Positions 1 through 13,361 of a DNA stretch of 64,000 nt are shown piece after piece. The translations under genes and the position numbers were made by a program. The stretch covers positions 113,254,610 to 113,318,609 of the forward strand of contig JASCQW010000061.1 in NCBI GenBank assembly GCA_030264375.1, given 5' to 3'. The notes beneath the pieces are model-generated. The model did not search any database, was not told the DNA's origin, and was given only the letters and a program-made list of their open reading frames with translations. This DNA comes from Carcharhinus longimanus. Taxonomy: Eukaryota. The number at the start of each line of letters is the position of its first letter. Position 1 is the first letter of the stretch.

Positions 1-380
1 AAAGGGCCTGTTTGTGCTGTAGTTTTTCTATGTTCTAATCCCATTTACTTGCATATTACCTGCATTTAACTTCTTGCGATTCATGTACAAGGACATGTAG
101 CTCCATCTGCATCTCCGATTTCTACAATCTCTCACCATTTAGATACTGCTTTTTATATTCTTCCTGCTAAAATAGACAACTTTGCATTTTTCCCACATTA
201 TACTCCATTTGCCAGATCTTTGCTCACTAACCTAACTGATCCATCTTCCTTTTTATCCTACCTTCCAATCCTCTGGGACCTTTCCAGAGTCTAGAGAATT
301 TTGTAAGTTGTCAACCAATGTATCTTCCATCTGTACAGACATTTCTTTTAAGATCCTAGGATGTTTGCCATCATTTCCAG

Positions 381-688
381 AGGGTGATTAACATTACTGC
401 CTCACAGTACTTGGGATCTGGCTTCGTTCCCATCCTTGGGTTACTATGTATGTACCCGTATCAGCATGGGTTTCCTCCAGGTACTCCAGTTTCCCCTCAC
501 GGTGATTAAGATGTGCAGGTTAGGTGGATTGACTATGCTAAATTGTGCCCTAGTGTCTCGATGTGCAGTTTACGGAGATTAGTGGGATAAATGTATCAGG
601 GTGGGATGGGCCTGGAAAGATGCTCCGTCAAAGAGTTGGTGCAGACTCAATAGGCGTAATGTGCATTGTTGGGATTTTATGATTCTGT
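381..688 (+). mobile_element. HE1/V-SINE-type tRNA-derived SINE with CR1-like tail
   Basis: Head ctgcctcacag, V-domain gggtttcctccaggtactccagtttccc...gatgtgcaggttaggtggattg, tail ending gggattttatgattctgt. Confidence 0.85.
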
Positions 689-1816
689 ATCTTGTCAGCT
701 TTTAGTTCTGATAATTATACTGGTACTTTATTTTTTCTAGTGTTTGTGTTGTTTTAAACTCCTCCCTTTTACAAATTGATTTTCAAGTACTTCTCTGTCT
801 TCTACACTGAAGACAGAAAACATTTTTTTCATCACTCCTTGTTTCCCATTAGTAAGTCTTATCCCTTTAAGGGACCACTATGCACTTATGTCACCTCTAT
901 TTTTACTAAACTGCAGAGTCTGTAGATCTGATTTACTCAGCCTCATCATAGGAAACTTTGTCAATTCAGGGACCAGGCTAATGAACCCTTTTCTTTAATT
1001 CCTTGAGTACAAATCTATTCTTAAGTATGGAGACCAAAATATAACACTCGTGTAATCTGACCAAAGCCCTGTACAAATGTAGCAAAACTTCTTTATTCTT
1101 GCACTCCAATTGCCTTGCAATAATGGTCACTATTTGCCTTCTAAATTATTTGCTGTACCAGCATACCAGTGTCCTGTTTTCCTTGTACAAAACTCACTCA
1201 CCCACCCTCCAAGACCCTCTAAACATCAACATTTGACAAGTTTTGTGCTTTTGGGGAAGAAAAAAAATCTATTTCTCTATTTTTCTTCTACCAAAGTAAG
1301 TAACTTCATACCTCCTCACATTATACTCCATCTGCCACTTGTTACCCATTCTCATAAGCTGTCTACTGCTCGTTACACCCTTTTTGTGTTCTCCTCACAG
1401 CTTGTATTCCCACCAAACTATATTACTCTGGCTTTTTGTCTAAGTCATCAGTGTAGATTGTAAATAGCTGAGGTCCCAGCATTGACCATTGCAGGGTTTG
1501 CTGTTTAACTTCCATTAGTTACAGCCTTTAAACTTGAAAATGCCCTTTTATCCCTAATCCTTGCTACATGTTTGTTAACCAACCCCTGTCCATGCTAATT
1601 TATTCCTGACAATTTCATGGGTCCTTATTTTGCAGATGAACCTTTTGAGTGGCAGCTTATTAAATGTCTTTCAAAAATTCAACTACACAGTATTTCTTGG
1701 TCCCCCTTTATCTAGCTGGGTACATCTTCAAAAGAATCTAATAAATTTGCCTTCTGGCTTTATTTGATCATACTATGACTTTTTTAGTGCATTAAGATTT
1801 CCTCCATTATAGATTT

Positions 1817-2110
1817 TAAAGTTTATTAGTCACAAATAGGTTTATGTTAACACTGCAATGAAGTTACTGTGAAAAACTCATCATCGCCATGCCCCAGTGC
1901 CTGATCGGTTATGCTGAGGGAGAATTTAGCATGGCCAGTGCACCTAACCAGCACGCCTTTGGACTGTGGGAGGAAACCAGAGCACCCAGAGGAAACACAT
2001 GCAGACACTGGGAGAACATACAAACTCCACACAGTCAGTGATCCAAGCCAGGAATTGAACCTAGGTCTCTGGTGCTGTGAGGCAGCAGTGCAAACCAGTC
2101 TGCGACCATG
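1817..2110 (-). mobile_element. HE1/V-SINE-type SINE with alternative tail
   Basis: Reverse of the V-SINE body (tttggactgtgggaggaaaccagagcacccagaggaaac; ctgtgaggcagcagtgc). The tail reads cacagtaacttcattgcagtgttaa on the minus strand. Confidence 0.88.
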
Positions 2111-2864
2111 GTTCTTGGATTTTCCCTACAACTGATGTTAGGTTAGCTGGCCTGTTGTTCTGTTTTTTCACTCTCTCCTTTCCTCAGTAATGCTGTTAAA
2201 TTTACAAACTTGGTATCTGATGGAACCATTCTAGACTTTTGGAAAATCATAACCAACACATTCACTGTTGCTGCATTTATCTCTTTTTAGAACCCTGAGG
2301 TATTGGCCATTAAGTGTTGGGAAGTATTGGATTTCTGAACTCTTTGCTTTCGTATTAATTGCTTTATTTTCCTCGCTCTTATTAGCACCCAGGTTACTCT
2401 CCATCTTTGATATTTAACTTGCATCTTCTACTGTGAAACTGAACCTCTTCTACGTTTCTGCAATTTCCTCATTCCTTATGATAATTTCTCCAGTCTCTGT
2501 CTCTGAAGGACCAACATTTCAGCTCCTTCTCCTTTTTGTGTACTTATAAAAGCTCTTAAAATCTGTTTTTAGATACCTGAGTGCTTTACCCTCATCATTT
2601 TTTTTCTCCTTTTATCAAGTTTTTGCTGGCCCATTACTGTGCTTTAAAAGCCCTCCCAATCCTCAGACTTAGGACCATTCTTTACAATGTTAAAAGCCTC
2701 TTCTTTGAATATAATCCTAGTCTTAATTTGCCTAGTATGCCACTGATGGATCATCTTTGCTGAGGTTTTGGTTTGTCATGGAACATACTTGTGCTGAAAA
2801 TTTTGATTTGCTCCCTTAAATGCTTCCTCTGTTTAGTTATTGCCATATTTTTCAAGTTTTTTTT

Positions 2865-3114
2865 AAAGTTTATTCATTAGTGTCACAAGTAGGCTTACAT
2901 TAATACCACAGTGTAGTTATGATGAGAATCCCCTAGCCCAGCGCCTGTTCAGGTACATAGGGAGAATACAACAAATCAGCACATCTTTCAGACTGTGGGA
3001 GAAAACCCACAGAGACACTGGGAGTGCAAACTCCACACAGAAAGTGACCCAAGCCAGAATCGAATCTAAGTCCCTGGTGCTGTGAGGCAGCAGTGCTAGC
3101 CACTGTGCCGCCCC
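2865..3114 (-). mobile_element. HE1/V-SINE-type SINE with alternative tail, internally deleted
   Basis: Same family as 1817-2110. Ends ctgtgaggcagcagtgctagccactgtgccgcccc, the reverse of the tRNA-like head. Confidence 0.85.
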
Positions 3115-3690
3115 AGCTATTTACCTTGCTAATGTTAACCGACTGCCCCTCATACCTATGTAATTGACTTTAATTTAAAATTTCTGTTTGTAATTGGATA
3201 ATGCTTCTTTTAATCGTGCGTGGAATTCAATTGTGTTATGATCACTTTTCCCTCGGTGATCTTTTACCATAAGATTGACCCTGTCTCATTGCACAGTAAT
3301 AGGTGTGAAGTATCTTTGTCCAAGTCAGTTCTACAATGCATTGCTCTAAGCAATAGATGTTAATACTAAGTGGAGGTCATTTGAAAGGAATTTCCCTCTT
3401 TCCTGAGTAGTGGCGCCCGTGACCCATGGAAACTGCTTTCCACACCACTCTTTAAGCCAAACACCCATGGCTTCCAGCTTCAAGAGGAGGTCATTGTGCC
3501 AAAAGTCTTTAGAAAATTGGTGAAATATATGGAAGAGCCTGAATGATGAGTTCATCCTTTTTATCAAAGTAAATAGTTTTGATCTGCTCAGCCAATTGTT
3601 TTACTTCAAGGTAATATACTTTATGTAAGACTGATATCTCATTCAAGATGGTCAGAAATAGTCTCCTTAATTATGACACTTGTCTTTCAG

Positions 3691-3783
3691 ATTTTTTCCA
3701 ATAGAGAACTCGAAGAAACACTGAACAAAATAAGAGAAATATTGTCTGATGATAAGCATGACTGGGATCAGCGAGCCAATGCT
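3691..3783 (+). CDS. CLASP2: CLASP2 coding exon A (TOG2 start), 93 nt, phase 0/0
   Basis: Boundaries tttcag|ATT...GCT|gtaagt. Translates IFSNRELEETLNKIREILSDDKHDWDQRANA, matching recalled vertebrate CLASP2 TOG2 (RELEETLNK, DWDQRANA). Confidence 0.96.
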
Positions 3784-4701
3784 GTAAGTTGTGTCATTTT
3801 GTGTGTAGGATGGTTTTTGTGCTGACGTGCAGAAGTTTTGTTTTCCCTGCACACACTTGAAAGGGCAAGATGAAATTCTTGATTGTGTTATACTTAGCTG
3901 AATCATCAGAGTGATTTTATTTTGCAATACTATCCATCTTGGTGGTCTTCAGGTTGCTTACAATTTGCCATTAATCAAGCATATTTGCTTGTGAATTCAA
4001 ACTCATCATGATGTAATTTTATCTAGTTTTTAAAAAAGGATTGATATCAGAACTGAGTAATGCATTGGGGTCTTTACACCTCTCTAGGGCAGGCTCTATT
4101 TTGCATCTAATTGAAAATGATACGATTCAAGTTTCATGCTACTTTCCCTCAACTTCTTATTCCTGTTTCCCTTTCCTTTGAAAAAAAATGTTTGGTTTGA
4201 TTGGAACCGGCTGAAAAGTTGACTTGGTGAATGTATAGGTTCCCACTTCACCCAGTTTTCCACTGCTAATTTTGTTGCTGCTTTGTTGAGAGTATCATTC
4301 AACAAGTAATACTGTGCCAATCACCAATTTATGTTGCCTAAGGTGAACTGCTCATTTATGAACGGACAAGCAATTAGGCTGTTTAGTTGTTATGGCTATC
4401 ACAGGTGCATGTGGTGAAAGCCTCACTTCATGTACATTCATGGGTATTTTCCAATAGGTTTGCTGGATATCGATCAGAAATAGTAACTCATGTTACTTTT
4501 CATCCCCATCCTGACCCAGCAATTCAATATAGCATGCCAAAGCACAATGGAATGAATTATCTGCTAATTCAGCTAGACCAAGTATTAAATCTGATATCTT
4601 TCTGATCTGTTTAATCCAGTTACTTGCAGTTAAACGCACTGAACCATCAGTTTATTTAACAAATATTTCAAGACTTTTCCCTTTTCCCCTTTGTCTCCTA
4701 G

Positions 4702-4847
4702 CTGAAGAAGATTCGATCACTACTAATTGCTGGAGCTACAGAATATGACTGTTTTTTTCAGCATTTAAGATTATTGGAAGGAGCTTTTAAATTATCGGCT
4801 AAAGATCTCCGCTCGCAGGTTGTCAGGGAAGCTTGCATTACAGTAGC
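4702..4847 (+). CDS. CLASP2: CLASP2 coding exon B (TOG2), 146 nt, phase 0/2
   Basis: Boundaries ctcctag|CTG...GTAGC|gtaagt. Translates LKKIRSLLIAGATEYDCFFQHLRLLEGAFKLSAKDLRSQVVREACITV(A), including the CLASP motif KDLRSQVVREAC. Confidence 0.97.
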
Positions 4848-4867
4848 GTAAGTATTGTTGGAAGTAT

Positions 4868-7780
4868 ACTTTCACCGGTCTAATCTCTCAATCATATTGG
4901 CCCATCATGTCTGTGCTAGCTCTCTGAGCAACTCACCTAATAGTTTCCTCTGCCTTCTTCCCGGAACTCTGCAATTCTTTTTTCTGAAAACAGATTCTTT
5001 CCCTTCTGATTGCTTCCATTGAACCTGCCTCCACCACCCTCAGGCAGTGCATTCCAAACCCTAAACACACTACAGTTCTTAAATAAAATCTATCTCCTGT
5101 CAATTTTTTGCTTTTTGTGTGTTTCTTTATATCTGAGCCCCTTTTGTTTTTGATTCTTTCACAGGTGGTGACTGTTTTCCTTACCTTCTCTGTCCAGACC
5201 CTCATGATTTTGAGTACCTCAATCAAATCTCCTCTCTACCTTCTTTTCTCCAAGGAAACAGTCCTAACTTCTCCAAATTGTCTTTGTGGCTGAAATTCCT
5301 CAGCCCTGGAACCATTCTCATGAATCTTTTCTGTACCCTCTTCAATTCCATCATATTGCTTCAGAACTGGACATCGTACCCCAGCTCAGGCAAAGCTAGT
5401 GACTTACATAAATTCAACATAACCACCTTTCAACATAACCTGCAACTGTACANNNNNNNNNNNNNNNNNNNNNNNNNNNNNNNNNNNNNNNNNNNNNNNN
5501 NNNNNNNNNNNNNNNNNNNNNNNNNNNNNNNNNNNNNNNNNNNNNNNNNNNNGTTATGGGGAGAGGGCGGGAATGTGGAACTGAGCCACGACAGATCAGC
5601 CATGGTCTTATTGAATGGTGGGGCAGGCTCGAAGGGCTAGATGGCCTACTCCTGTTCCTATTTCTTATGTTCTTGTGTTCTTTCTCTTGTATGTACCTTA
5701 CGCCCTTTTTAATAAAACATGCAATTTCCTGAGCTTTATTAATTCTTGATCTGTCCTGCCACCTTCAATAGGTTATGCACATAAACACCAAGATCCCCTG
5801 CTCCTCCATCCGCTTTACGGTTGCATTGTTTGTTTAGTATTTCTTCTCCATGTTCTTCCTCCCAAAGTGAATCACCTCTCACTTCTTTACATTGAACTTC
5901 ATTTGCCACCCGTCTGCCCATTCTACTAACTTGTCTATGTTCCTTTGGAGCTCTGCACTATTTTTCTCACTGTTCAGAATGCTTCCCAGTTTTGTATCAT
6001 CCACAAACTTAGAAACTGTACACCGATACCAAGGTCATTGATATCGGGAAAAGCAATGGTCCCAATTCCCCAGGGGAACACTGCTACAAACCTTCCTCCT
6101 GCAGCAAAACATCCAAAACTCACTATCCTCTGTTTCTGTTACTCAGCCAATTCTGCATCCGTGTTTCCTCTAAGTCTGTTGGGTGGCTCATGATCAAATG
6201 CCTTGAAGTCTAGGTACACCAGATCAACAGCATTCCCTGATCAACCCGCTCTGTTGCCTCCTTCAAAAACTCCAACAAGTCAGTCAAATATGATTTTCCC
6301 TTCAAAGAAATACATGCTGGTTTTCCTTAACTTACCCACAGTTATCCATGTAACTATTAATTTTGTCAGAAGTTTGACCTGTGGTTGCTGGACTTAGTTA
6401 CACCCGTTTTTTGAATAAGCGTGCAGCATTTGTAATTCTCCAGTCGTATGGGACTACCCCAGGGTCTAAGGAACTCTGGAAAATTATGGCCAGTGCCTCT
6501 GCAATTTTCATAATCACTTACTTACTCCATATCCTTGGATGCATCTCATCTAATCCAATCCTCGCCATAATCAACTTTAAATACAAATAACCTGTCTCTA
6601 ACAGCTTATTTTCAATTTTAAACCCATCTTATGTCTGAATTACCTGATATTTTACCATGGCCTGGGTAGTATTACCTTCTTTGGGTAAAGATAGATGGAA
6701 AGTACGTTTAGTAACTTGGCTATGTCCACCAACTCCATGTATATATCTCATTTTTGGTCCTGAGAAGGCATCCATATGCTTTTCAGATGCTATATATTTA
6801 CCTTTTCAACTTTCTTCTCTCAACCTTTCATAATCAGTTTGATTTTCAAGTCTTTTCTACCTGTCGCCATGTCCTATATATACTTTTAAATTTTTATCTT
6901 AATTTTTATCATCTTTGTCATCCAGGGAGTTCTGGATTTGTTTTCCCTAGCCTTCCCTTTCAAGGGATTATACTTAAACTGTAAACTCATCTGTTCTTCA
7001 AAGGTAGCCACAGATCAGCAACTGTTTTTCCTGACAACCTTTACATAAGAACATAAGAAATAGGAGCAGGAGTAGGCCATCTAGCCCTTCGAGCCNNNNN
7101 NNNNNNNNNNNNNNNNNNNNNNNNNNNNNNNNNNNNNNNNNNNNNNNNNNNNNNNNNNNNNNNNNNNNNNNNNNNNNNNNNNNNNNNNNNNNNNNCCCCT
7201 CATTCTTCTAAACTCTAACGAGTACAAGCCTAGTTTATTCAGCCTCTCCTCATAGCTCAACCCCCTCAACCTTTAACCGCTAATTTGTTTGGCCCAGATC
7301 TGTTTTTACTCTATTGAAGTTGGCTTTCTCCCAGTTAATTTTGCTGACTCTGGGCTTTTTTTTGTCCTTTATCATAATCAGCCTAACACAATGATTGTTT
7401 CCTTACTGACACTTGATTTACATGACGTACTTTATTTCCAAGAATCCGATTTAGCTGTGCCTCTTTCCTCATTGGATTGGAAATATACTGCTGAAGGAAA
7501 TTTTCTGCCCTTTACACTGCTGTCCTAATCTATATTTGGTCACTCATTTGCTATTCTACATCTTTCCTCCTGGTTCGTGGCCTATAGGTTACACCGAGCA
7601 ATGCAATTGTACCTATTTTTGTATTTGAGTTCTAGAATAATAGATTCTGTCCCTGATCCCTCTGGGACACCCTTTTTCTTCATTGCTGTCTTTTATCAAT
7701 ACCACCATCCTTCTTTCCTGAACACCTTGCATCCAGGGATGTTTAACCCAGTCCTTTGAGCCACATTTCTGTTATAGTCG
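4868..7780 (-). mobile_element. CR1 LINE remnant with younger CR1 3' ends nested at about 5553-5680 (+) and 7045-7270 (-)
   Basis: Minus-strand peptides include MIEVLKIMR and MRGLSYEERLNKLGLYSLEFRRMR. CR1 tails of the cttatgttcttatg type lie next to N gaps. Confidence 0.8.
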
Positions 7781-7800
7781 TGCACTATTTAGACTCTTAA

Positions 7801-8148
7801 TTTTTTTTATTCATTCATGGGATGTGGGCTGGGCCATTATTTATTCTATTTGCCCTTGAATTTCAGAGAGCATTTGTCAGCCACATTGCAGTGTATCTGG
7901 AGTCACATGGAGGCCAGACCAGATAAGAATGGCAGATTTCCTTCCATGAAGGGCATTAACCAAGAATGAACCAAGATGTGTTTTTACAACAATTAGCAAT
8001 GGTCTCATGATCATCATTAGACGTTTAATTCCTTATTGTTATTGAATTCAGATTTCACCATCTGCCACGGTGGAATTCAAACCCAGGTCCCCAGAGCTTT
8101 ATGCTGAATCACTAGTCTAATGACAATACCACTACACCATCACCTCCT
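7801..8148 (-). mobile_element. Second tRNA-derived SINE family
   Basis: Reverse-complement homolog of 11985-12263. tRNA-like head (reverse of ggtgtagtggtattgtc; ggtttgaattcc box B) and tail cccacatcccatgaatgaataaaa. Confidence 0.75.
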
Positions 8149-10118
8149 TCCAAATACTACTACAGCACCACCTCCAGTCATTCCCTATTTGAGTAGCATT
8201 TTTCTTTGTATGCCCTCTATTAATTCTCTCTAATACTAATCTTCTGGTTCCCACACCCCTGCTGTGTTAATTTAAACTCAGCTCAGTGACATCTTTGATC
8301 TTGACACCAGGGTGGCAACATGCCATCCCAGACTTTGGCCAATAGTATTGAAACACCAATCTATTTCCCCAACTATCGAATATAATTTAAAATATTATTG
8401 AATTATTGGAGTAAGGATGTGATTCTACTCTGGGATTATACTTCATGTAAAATTATTTCAAAAACGTGCTCATTCTTAAGAATCTCCAAGTAAAATTGCA
8501 AATGTTTATATGAAGAAACCAAAATAATACCTGTGGCAATTACAACCTGGATGGAAACAATTGTCGATGTGTATGGGAAGAAGGTCAAAATAATGGCCAG
8601 GCTAATGGCTTAATTTCCACTAAGTCACCACAGAGTAAAGCCTAATCGTTGCAATCAGAAGCGCGCTTTCAACAATGTGTGAATGACTGTCAATCTAGCT
8701 AGTGTCAAAAAATAAATATTACAAATATGGACTCTCATTCCTTCAAGTTTTGAATTCTGGTGGGAGATTTTAGAATTGTCAGTACCAAATTTTTGTGTCT
8801 TTCTCTCTTTTTAATTAATCATTCTTAAATACTGCTTCTGTTTCTTTACCTGATTCGACTCTTTTCTCTCCTTCCTGTTTATTTCCGAGTCCTGAAATCT
8901 AATTGGTTAATGAGATGCCCTGTTGGTTGCTTTGTTCACTTGGGGGCCTATGCCTTTTTAATGTCGCTTCATCATGATCTGATTACATGTTCAGCAGCNN
9001 NNNNNNNNNNNNNNNNNNNNNNNNNNNNNNNNNNNNNNNNNNNNNNNNNNNNNNNNNNNNNNNNNNNNNNNNNNNNNNNNNNNNNNNNNNNNNNNNNNNN
9101 NNNNNNNNNNNNNNNNNNNNNNNNNNNNNNNNNNNNNNNNNNNNNNNNNNNNNNNNNNNNNNNNNNNNNNNNNNNNNNNNNNNNNNNNNNNNNNNNNNNN
9201 NNNNNNNNNNNNNNNNNNNNNNNNNNNNNNNNNNNNNNNNNNNNNNNNNNNNNNNNNNNNNNNNNNNNNNNNNNNNNNNNNNNNNNNNNNNNNNNNNNNN
9301 NNNNNNNNNNNNNNNNNNNNNNNNNNNNNNNNNNNNNNNNNNNNNNNNNNNNNNNCCAAATAGATGTTAGTGTAGATAAATCTAAAATTTTGGGCAGGCA
9401 GCCAATCATGGGATTTGTTGGATCCCATTAATCAAACTATCTACAAATGCGCAATGTTAGTGGGCATCAGTTGAATGGTGGAGATGGATGTGGGCCAAAC
9501 ACGGACAATTGGGACTAGCTTAGTGATTAATAATAAAAAAAGGGCACTATGGACAAGTTGGGCAGATGGGCCTGTTTCCATGCTGTAAACCACTATGACT
9601 ATGACTCCGACTCTGACTCTCTGGGTGAATATGTTTGGGTTTTGTTCAATTAAGTTGGAAATCATGGCACTTTTTAGTAGAACCCTTTGCTTGAGAATTT
9701 AGTCAATTACTTAAAGTTCATAATGTTTAATGCTGAATTTTATTTTAAAAATATTGCCAAAGAAGTGTTTTTGAAAATTAAACTTTAAATAATTTATTGA
9801 CAAACATGTTTACTTCAAGGAATTGGCACTGTCATTTCATTGGATGAATGAAGTGCATGTTACTTAAGTCTAATAGGGAATCACAAATGAGATGAGATTT
9901 AAAATTATAAAGATTGTGGCTTTAATTTTAATTTTCCAGGTAGGGAATTTTTTTAGGTTAAATATTCAGTTGTGTAGGATTGTCAGAAATTAGGTTGCCT
10001 TTGTACGTTCAAACTGTATTAGTACAATCATTATTGTGCTGCTACAGCTAAATCTAGCGGGAAAATATCTTTGTCTTTTTGATGGTCAAAGTCCATTTGT
10101 TGGAATTTTGTTACACAG

Positions 10119-10254
10119 GCACCTGTCAACACATCTAGGCAACAAGTTTGACCATAGTGCTGAAGCCATTGTGCCTACGTTATTTAACCTCGTCCCAAAC
10201 TGTGCAAAAGTGATGGCGACATCTGGAGTAGCAGCAATTAGATGCATCATCCGT
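10119..10254 (+). CDS. CLASP2: CLASP2 coding exon C (TOG2), 136 nt, phase 2/0
   Basis: Boundaries ttacacag|G CAC...CGT|gtgagt. Translates HLSTHLGNKFDHSAEAIVPTLFNLVPNCAKVMATSGVAAIRCIIR, in frame with exon B. Confidence 0.97.
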
Positions 10255-10715
10255 GTGAGTATACTGTGTTATATTTATTCTCTTCTAATGTGTCTTGGTG
10301 ATTAGTCGGTCTTTTTTTATTTGTTCACCCTCCACAGTCAAGGAGGAATTACTGAGGTCCTTTAGACTGTGAGCAATGCTGACCAAAAGAAGTCTTAACT
10401 TCCATGTTTTGGCTTCACTTATCCGCAAGAAGTATTTTGGATTCAGTTTTGGAAGAATTCACCATTAGTACAATGAATTGGCCCTTGTTCTCAGGGATTT
10501 CACCAAGCACCTATTGGTACGAACAGATTTTCTCTGGGTAACAAATTACACGTCTGGATGACATGAAAGTGCCTGCTGCAGAGCCAGCATTTGATCAGTT
10601 GGAAATGCTGCTGAAATGTGTGGAATCTATGTTCAATTGAGAAAAGTTCCAATTGTGCCCAATCCAAGACTTCCATAAAATAAGTAGTAGCATTAATGAC
10701 AGGTCTTGTGGCCTT

Positions 10716-11980
10716 AGAACATAAGGTATAGGATCAGGTGTAGGCTTTAAAACTCAATGATTGTACCTGATCTTTTACCTCCGCTTCAGTTTCCCCTCAT
10801 ATTATTATGTCCCTTGATGCCCTTTATGTCCAAAATCTATTGATCTCAATCTTGAATATGCTCAACAGTGTTCTGTGTAGGGAATTTCAAAGATTCATGA
10901 CCCTCTGACTCAAGGAATATACCTTTGTTTCAGTCCAAATGGCCAATTTATTACTTTTAGGCTATGATTCCCCCAGTTCTGGATTCTTCAGCTTCAGCCC
11001 TGTCAAGACCTTGGGGCGGCATGGTAGCATGGTGGTTAGCACTGCTACTTCACAGCGCCAGGGACCCAGGTGCGACTCCCAGCATGGGTCACTGTCTGTG
11101 TGGAGTTTGTACGTTCCCCCCGTGTATGTGTGGGTTTCCTCCCACATTCAGAAAGACGTGCTGGTTAGATGCATTGACCCGAAGAGGCACCTGACTGTGG
11201 CAACTGGGGGAATTTCACAGTAACTTCATTGCAGTGTTAATGTAAGTCTTACTTGTGACTAAAAGTTTACTTTTACTTTACATTGAAGAATTTTATGTGC
11301 TTCAATAAAGTAATCTCTCATTCTTCTCAACTCCAGAAAGCGTAGACCCATTCTACTCAATCTTTCTTCATAGGAACACACGCTTGTTTTGGGAATTAAT
11401 CCAGTGAATCTTTGTTGCGTATTCTGTATCTTGGGTAAGGAGACCAAAACTGTTCTTTGGTACTCCATGTCTGGTCTGACCAATATATATAATTGCTGCA
11501 AGACTTCCATATTTTTACACTCTAACCCTCTTGCAGTAAAAACTAAACTACCGTTTGCCTAGTTTGCTTTTGTTTGCTTTGTATCTTCACACACTTTATT
11601 CCCTTGAGGAATATTGGGTGAGTGTCAGAAAGAGTAGTAGGCTGATTATCAATTTTTTGAACAAAGTCATGACTGTTCCTTTCATGGCCAACAAGTACCT
11701 GGAGTGCAACTTGAAGTGGGAGTTTCTGGTTTTAGAGGCAAAGATACCACCGACCTGAGCTACAAAACCTGTTTACTTGTCAACTTCCTATGATTCATGC
11801 ACAAGGACAGTCCAATGTCTCTGAATAGTAAGATTTATTCAGCCCCAACTTTTTACTGTTTTTCTGTTCTGCCTACAAAGTAGCTAACTTCACATTTCCT
11901 CTTCTTTATACTCCGTCTTTCTGCCTACTCATTTAAATTTTCTGCATCCCAGTGCAGCTTCTTTGACTCCTCCTCACAGT
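10716..11980 (-). mobile_element. CR1 LINE 3' remnant interrupted by a SINE
   Basis: ORF 11259-11510(-) reads EVLQQLYILVRPDMEY...QQRFTGLIP...YEERLSRMGL..LELRRMRD, the CR1 ORF2 C-terminus. Confidence 0.8.
11013..11263 (+). mobile_element. HE1/V-SINE-type SINE with alternative tail
   Basis: Head ggggcggcatggtagcatggtggttagcactgct, V-domain, and tail ttcacagtaacttcattgcagtgttaatgtaagtcttacttgtgactaa. Confidence 0.88.
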
Positions 11981-11984
11981 TGTG

Positions 11985-12263
11985 AAGAAGCAGTAGCGTA
12001 GTGGTATTGTTATTGGACTGGAAATCCAGAGACCCGGGGTCATGCTCTGGGGACCCAGGTTTGAATCCCACCATGGCAGATGAAATTTGAATTTAGTAAC
12101 AACCTGGATTTAAAGCAGAAGCAATTGTTGACTGTAGGTAAAAACCCATCTAGTTCAGGAATGCCGTTTTAGGAAAGGGAATTTGCCACCAAAGGAGCCA
12201 CTGAGTTCAAGGGCAGTTGGGGATGGTGCAGCCAGCAACGCCCACACCCCATGAATGAATAAA
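11985..12263 (+). mobile_element. Second tRNA-derived SINE family
   Basis: Head gcgtagtggtattg...ggggacccaggtttgaatcccaccatggcag and tail cagcaacgcccacaccccatgaatgaataaaa. Homologous to 7801-8148. Confidence 0.75.
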
Positions 12264-12464
12264 ACATGTTGACCTAAAAATGACTTGTTTGTTCCTACTC
12301 TATTNNNNNNNNNNNNNNNNNNNNNNNNNNNNNNNNNNNNNNNNNNNNNNNNNNNNNNNNNNNNNNNNNNNNNNNNNNNNNNNNNNNNNNNNNNNNNNNN
12401 NNNNTACTCTATTTTCTTTCCATTAATCAATCTTAAATTCAGATTAGGCTTTTATGCCCTTGGT

Positions 12465-12836
12465 TTGATAGCCATGTTCTGCACACATGAGGATGGCCTC
12501 AACTGGGATCTTGGGTTCATGTCACACTACGTGTAACCCCCACCATTTGGCGTGGGCTTGCAAAACCCTACTAACTGTCCTGGCTTGAGACAGTTCACAC
12601 TTACTTAATCTGTCATTGTCCCTCTCTCCATTCGCGTTGTCTGTACCTGTAAAGATTTGATTACCTGTAAAGACTCACATTCCAACCATTATCTTGCAAT
12701 TGAGTCTGTCTATATATGTCCTGTTTGTGAACCCAGCTCTCCACTCGTCTGATATAGTTGCAGCGCTGGGAAAGCTTGTGATACCAAATAAATCTGTTGG
12801 TCTTCAGCCTGGTGTTGAGAGACTTCTTACTGTGCC
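12465..12836 (+). mobile_element. Penelope-like element 3' end
   Basis: LIAMFCTHEDGLNWDLGFMSHY resembles the GIY-YIG endonuclease C-terminus (GLNxD). It is followed by a terminal repeat with a degenerate hammerhead (ctgatat...gaaagc) and aataaa. Confidence 0.75.
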
Positions 12837-13361
12837 CTTTTTGCAAAGTTAGTTATTTAATTTTAATGTTATCCATTGCACTAAGAAAACGTCTTTTGGA
12901 GTTGATTGCAAAGCAGACACCCCTTGTTGGTGCTATAATCCCATTCCCTCACCAATGCCAACGTTGCAAGAACGAGAGCCATCTGGAATCAGCCTGGGCC
13001 AGGACATATAAAATATTCTGCAGCTATAAGTAGATTTTAGTTTTGCACAGCATGACTCGCCATAACCTGTTTGAAGGTAACATGAGAAAGGCAGAAAATT
13101 TCTTCAGGTCACGAAGAGTTGGTTAGAGTCCATAGCATCCGTTGCAGAACCGAGCATGATTGACCAAATTACATTTTAGTTATCTATTTATTCTTTTCTC
13201 CAGTGATATCCAGAACTTAGAAAGTGTCAAATTTTATTTAAGAATAAGGTCATGAGAGCTTAAATATTTGGTAGGGTGTTTTTCAGGTCACTGTGCACAT
13301 TACTACTTCAGTGACTTAATTTGTTTGGAAAATAGACTAACTCATTATTTTTTTCATGCAG

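Larger units (their letters stand above)
40..3345 (-). mobile_element. Old fragmented CR1 LINE remnants hosting three SINEs
   Basis: The reverse strand has degenerate CR1 ORF2 pieces such as WQMEYN (near 190-230) and EVLLHLYRALVR (near 1055-1095). No intact ORF; boundaries approximate. Confidence 0.65.

Noticed and set aside
11013-11090. tRNA-like sequences with A and B boxes (also at 381, 3050, 11990 and 20570)
   Set aside because: They are SINE heads continuous with SINE bodies and do not form a full cloverleaf.
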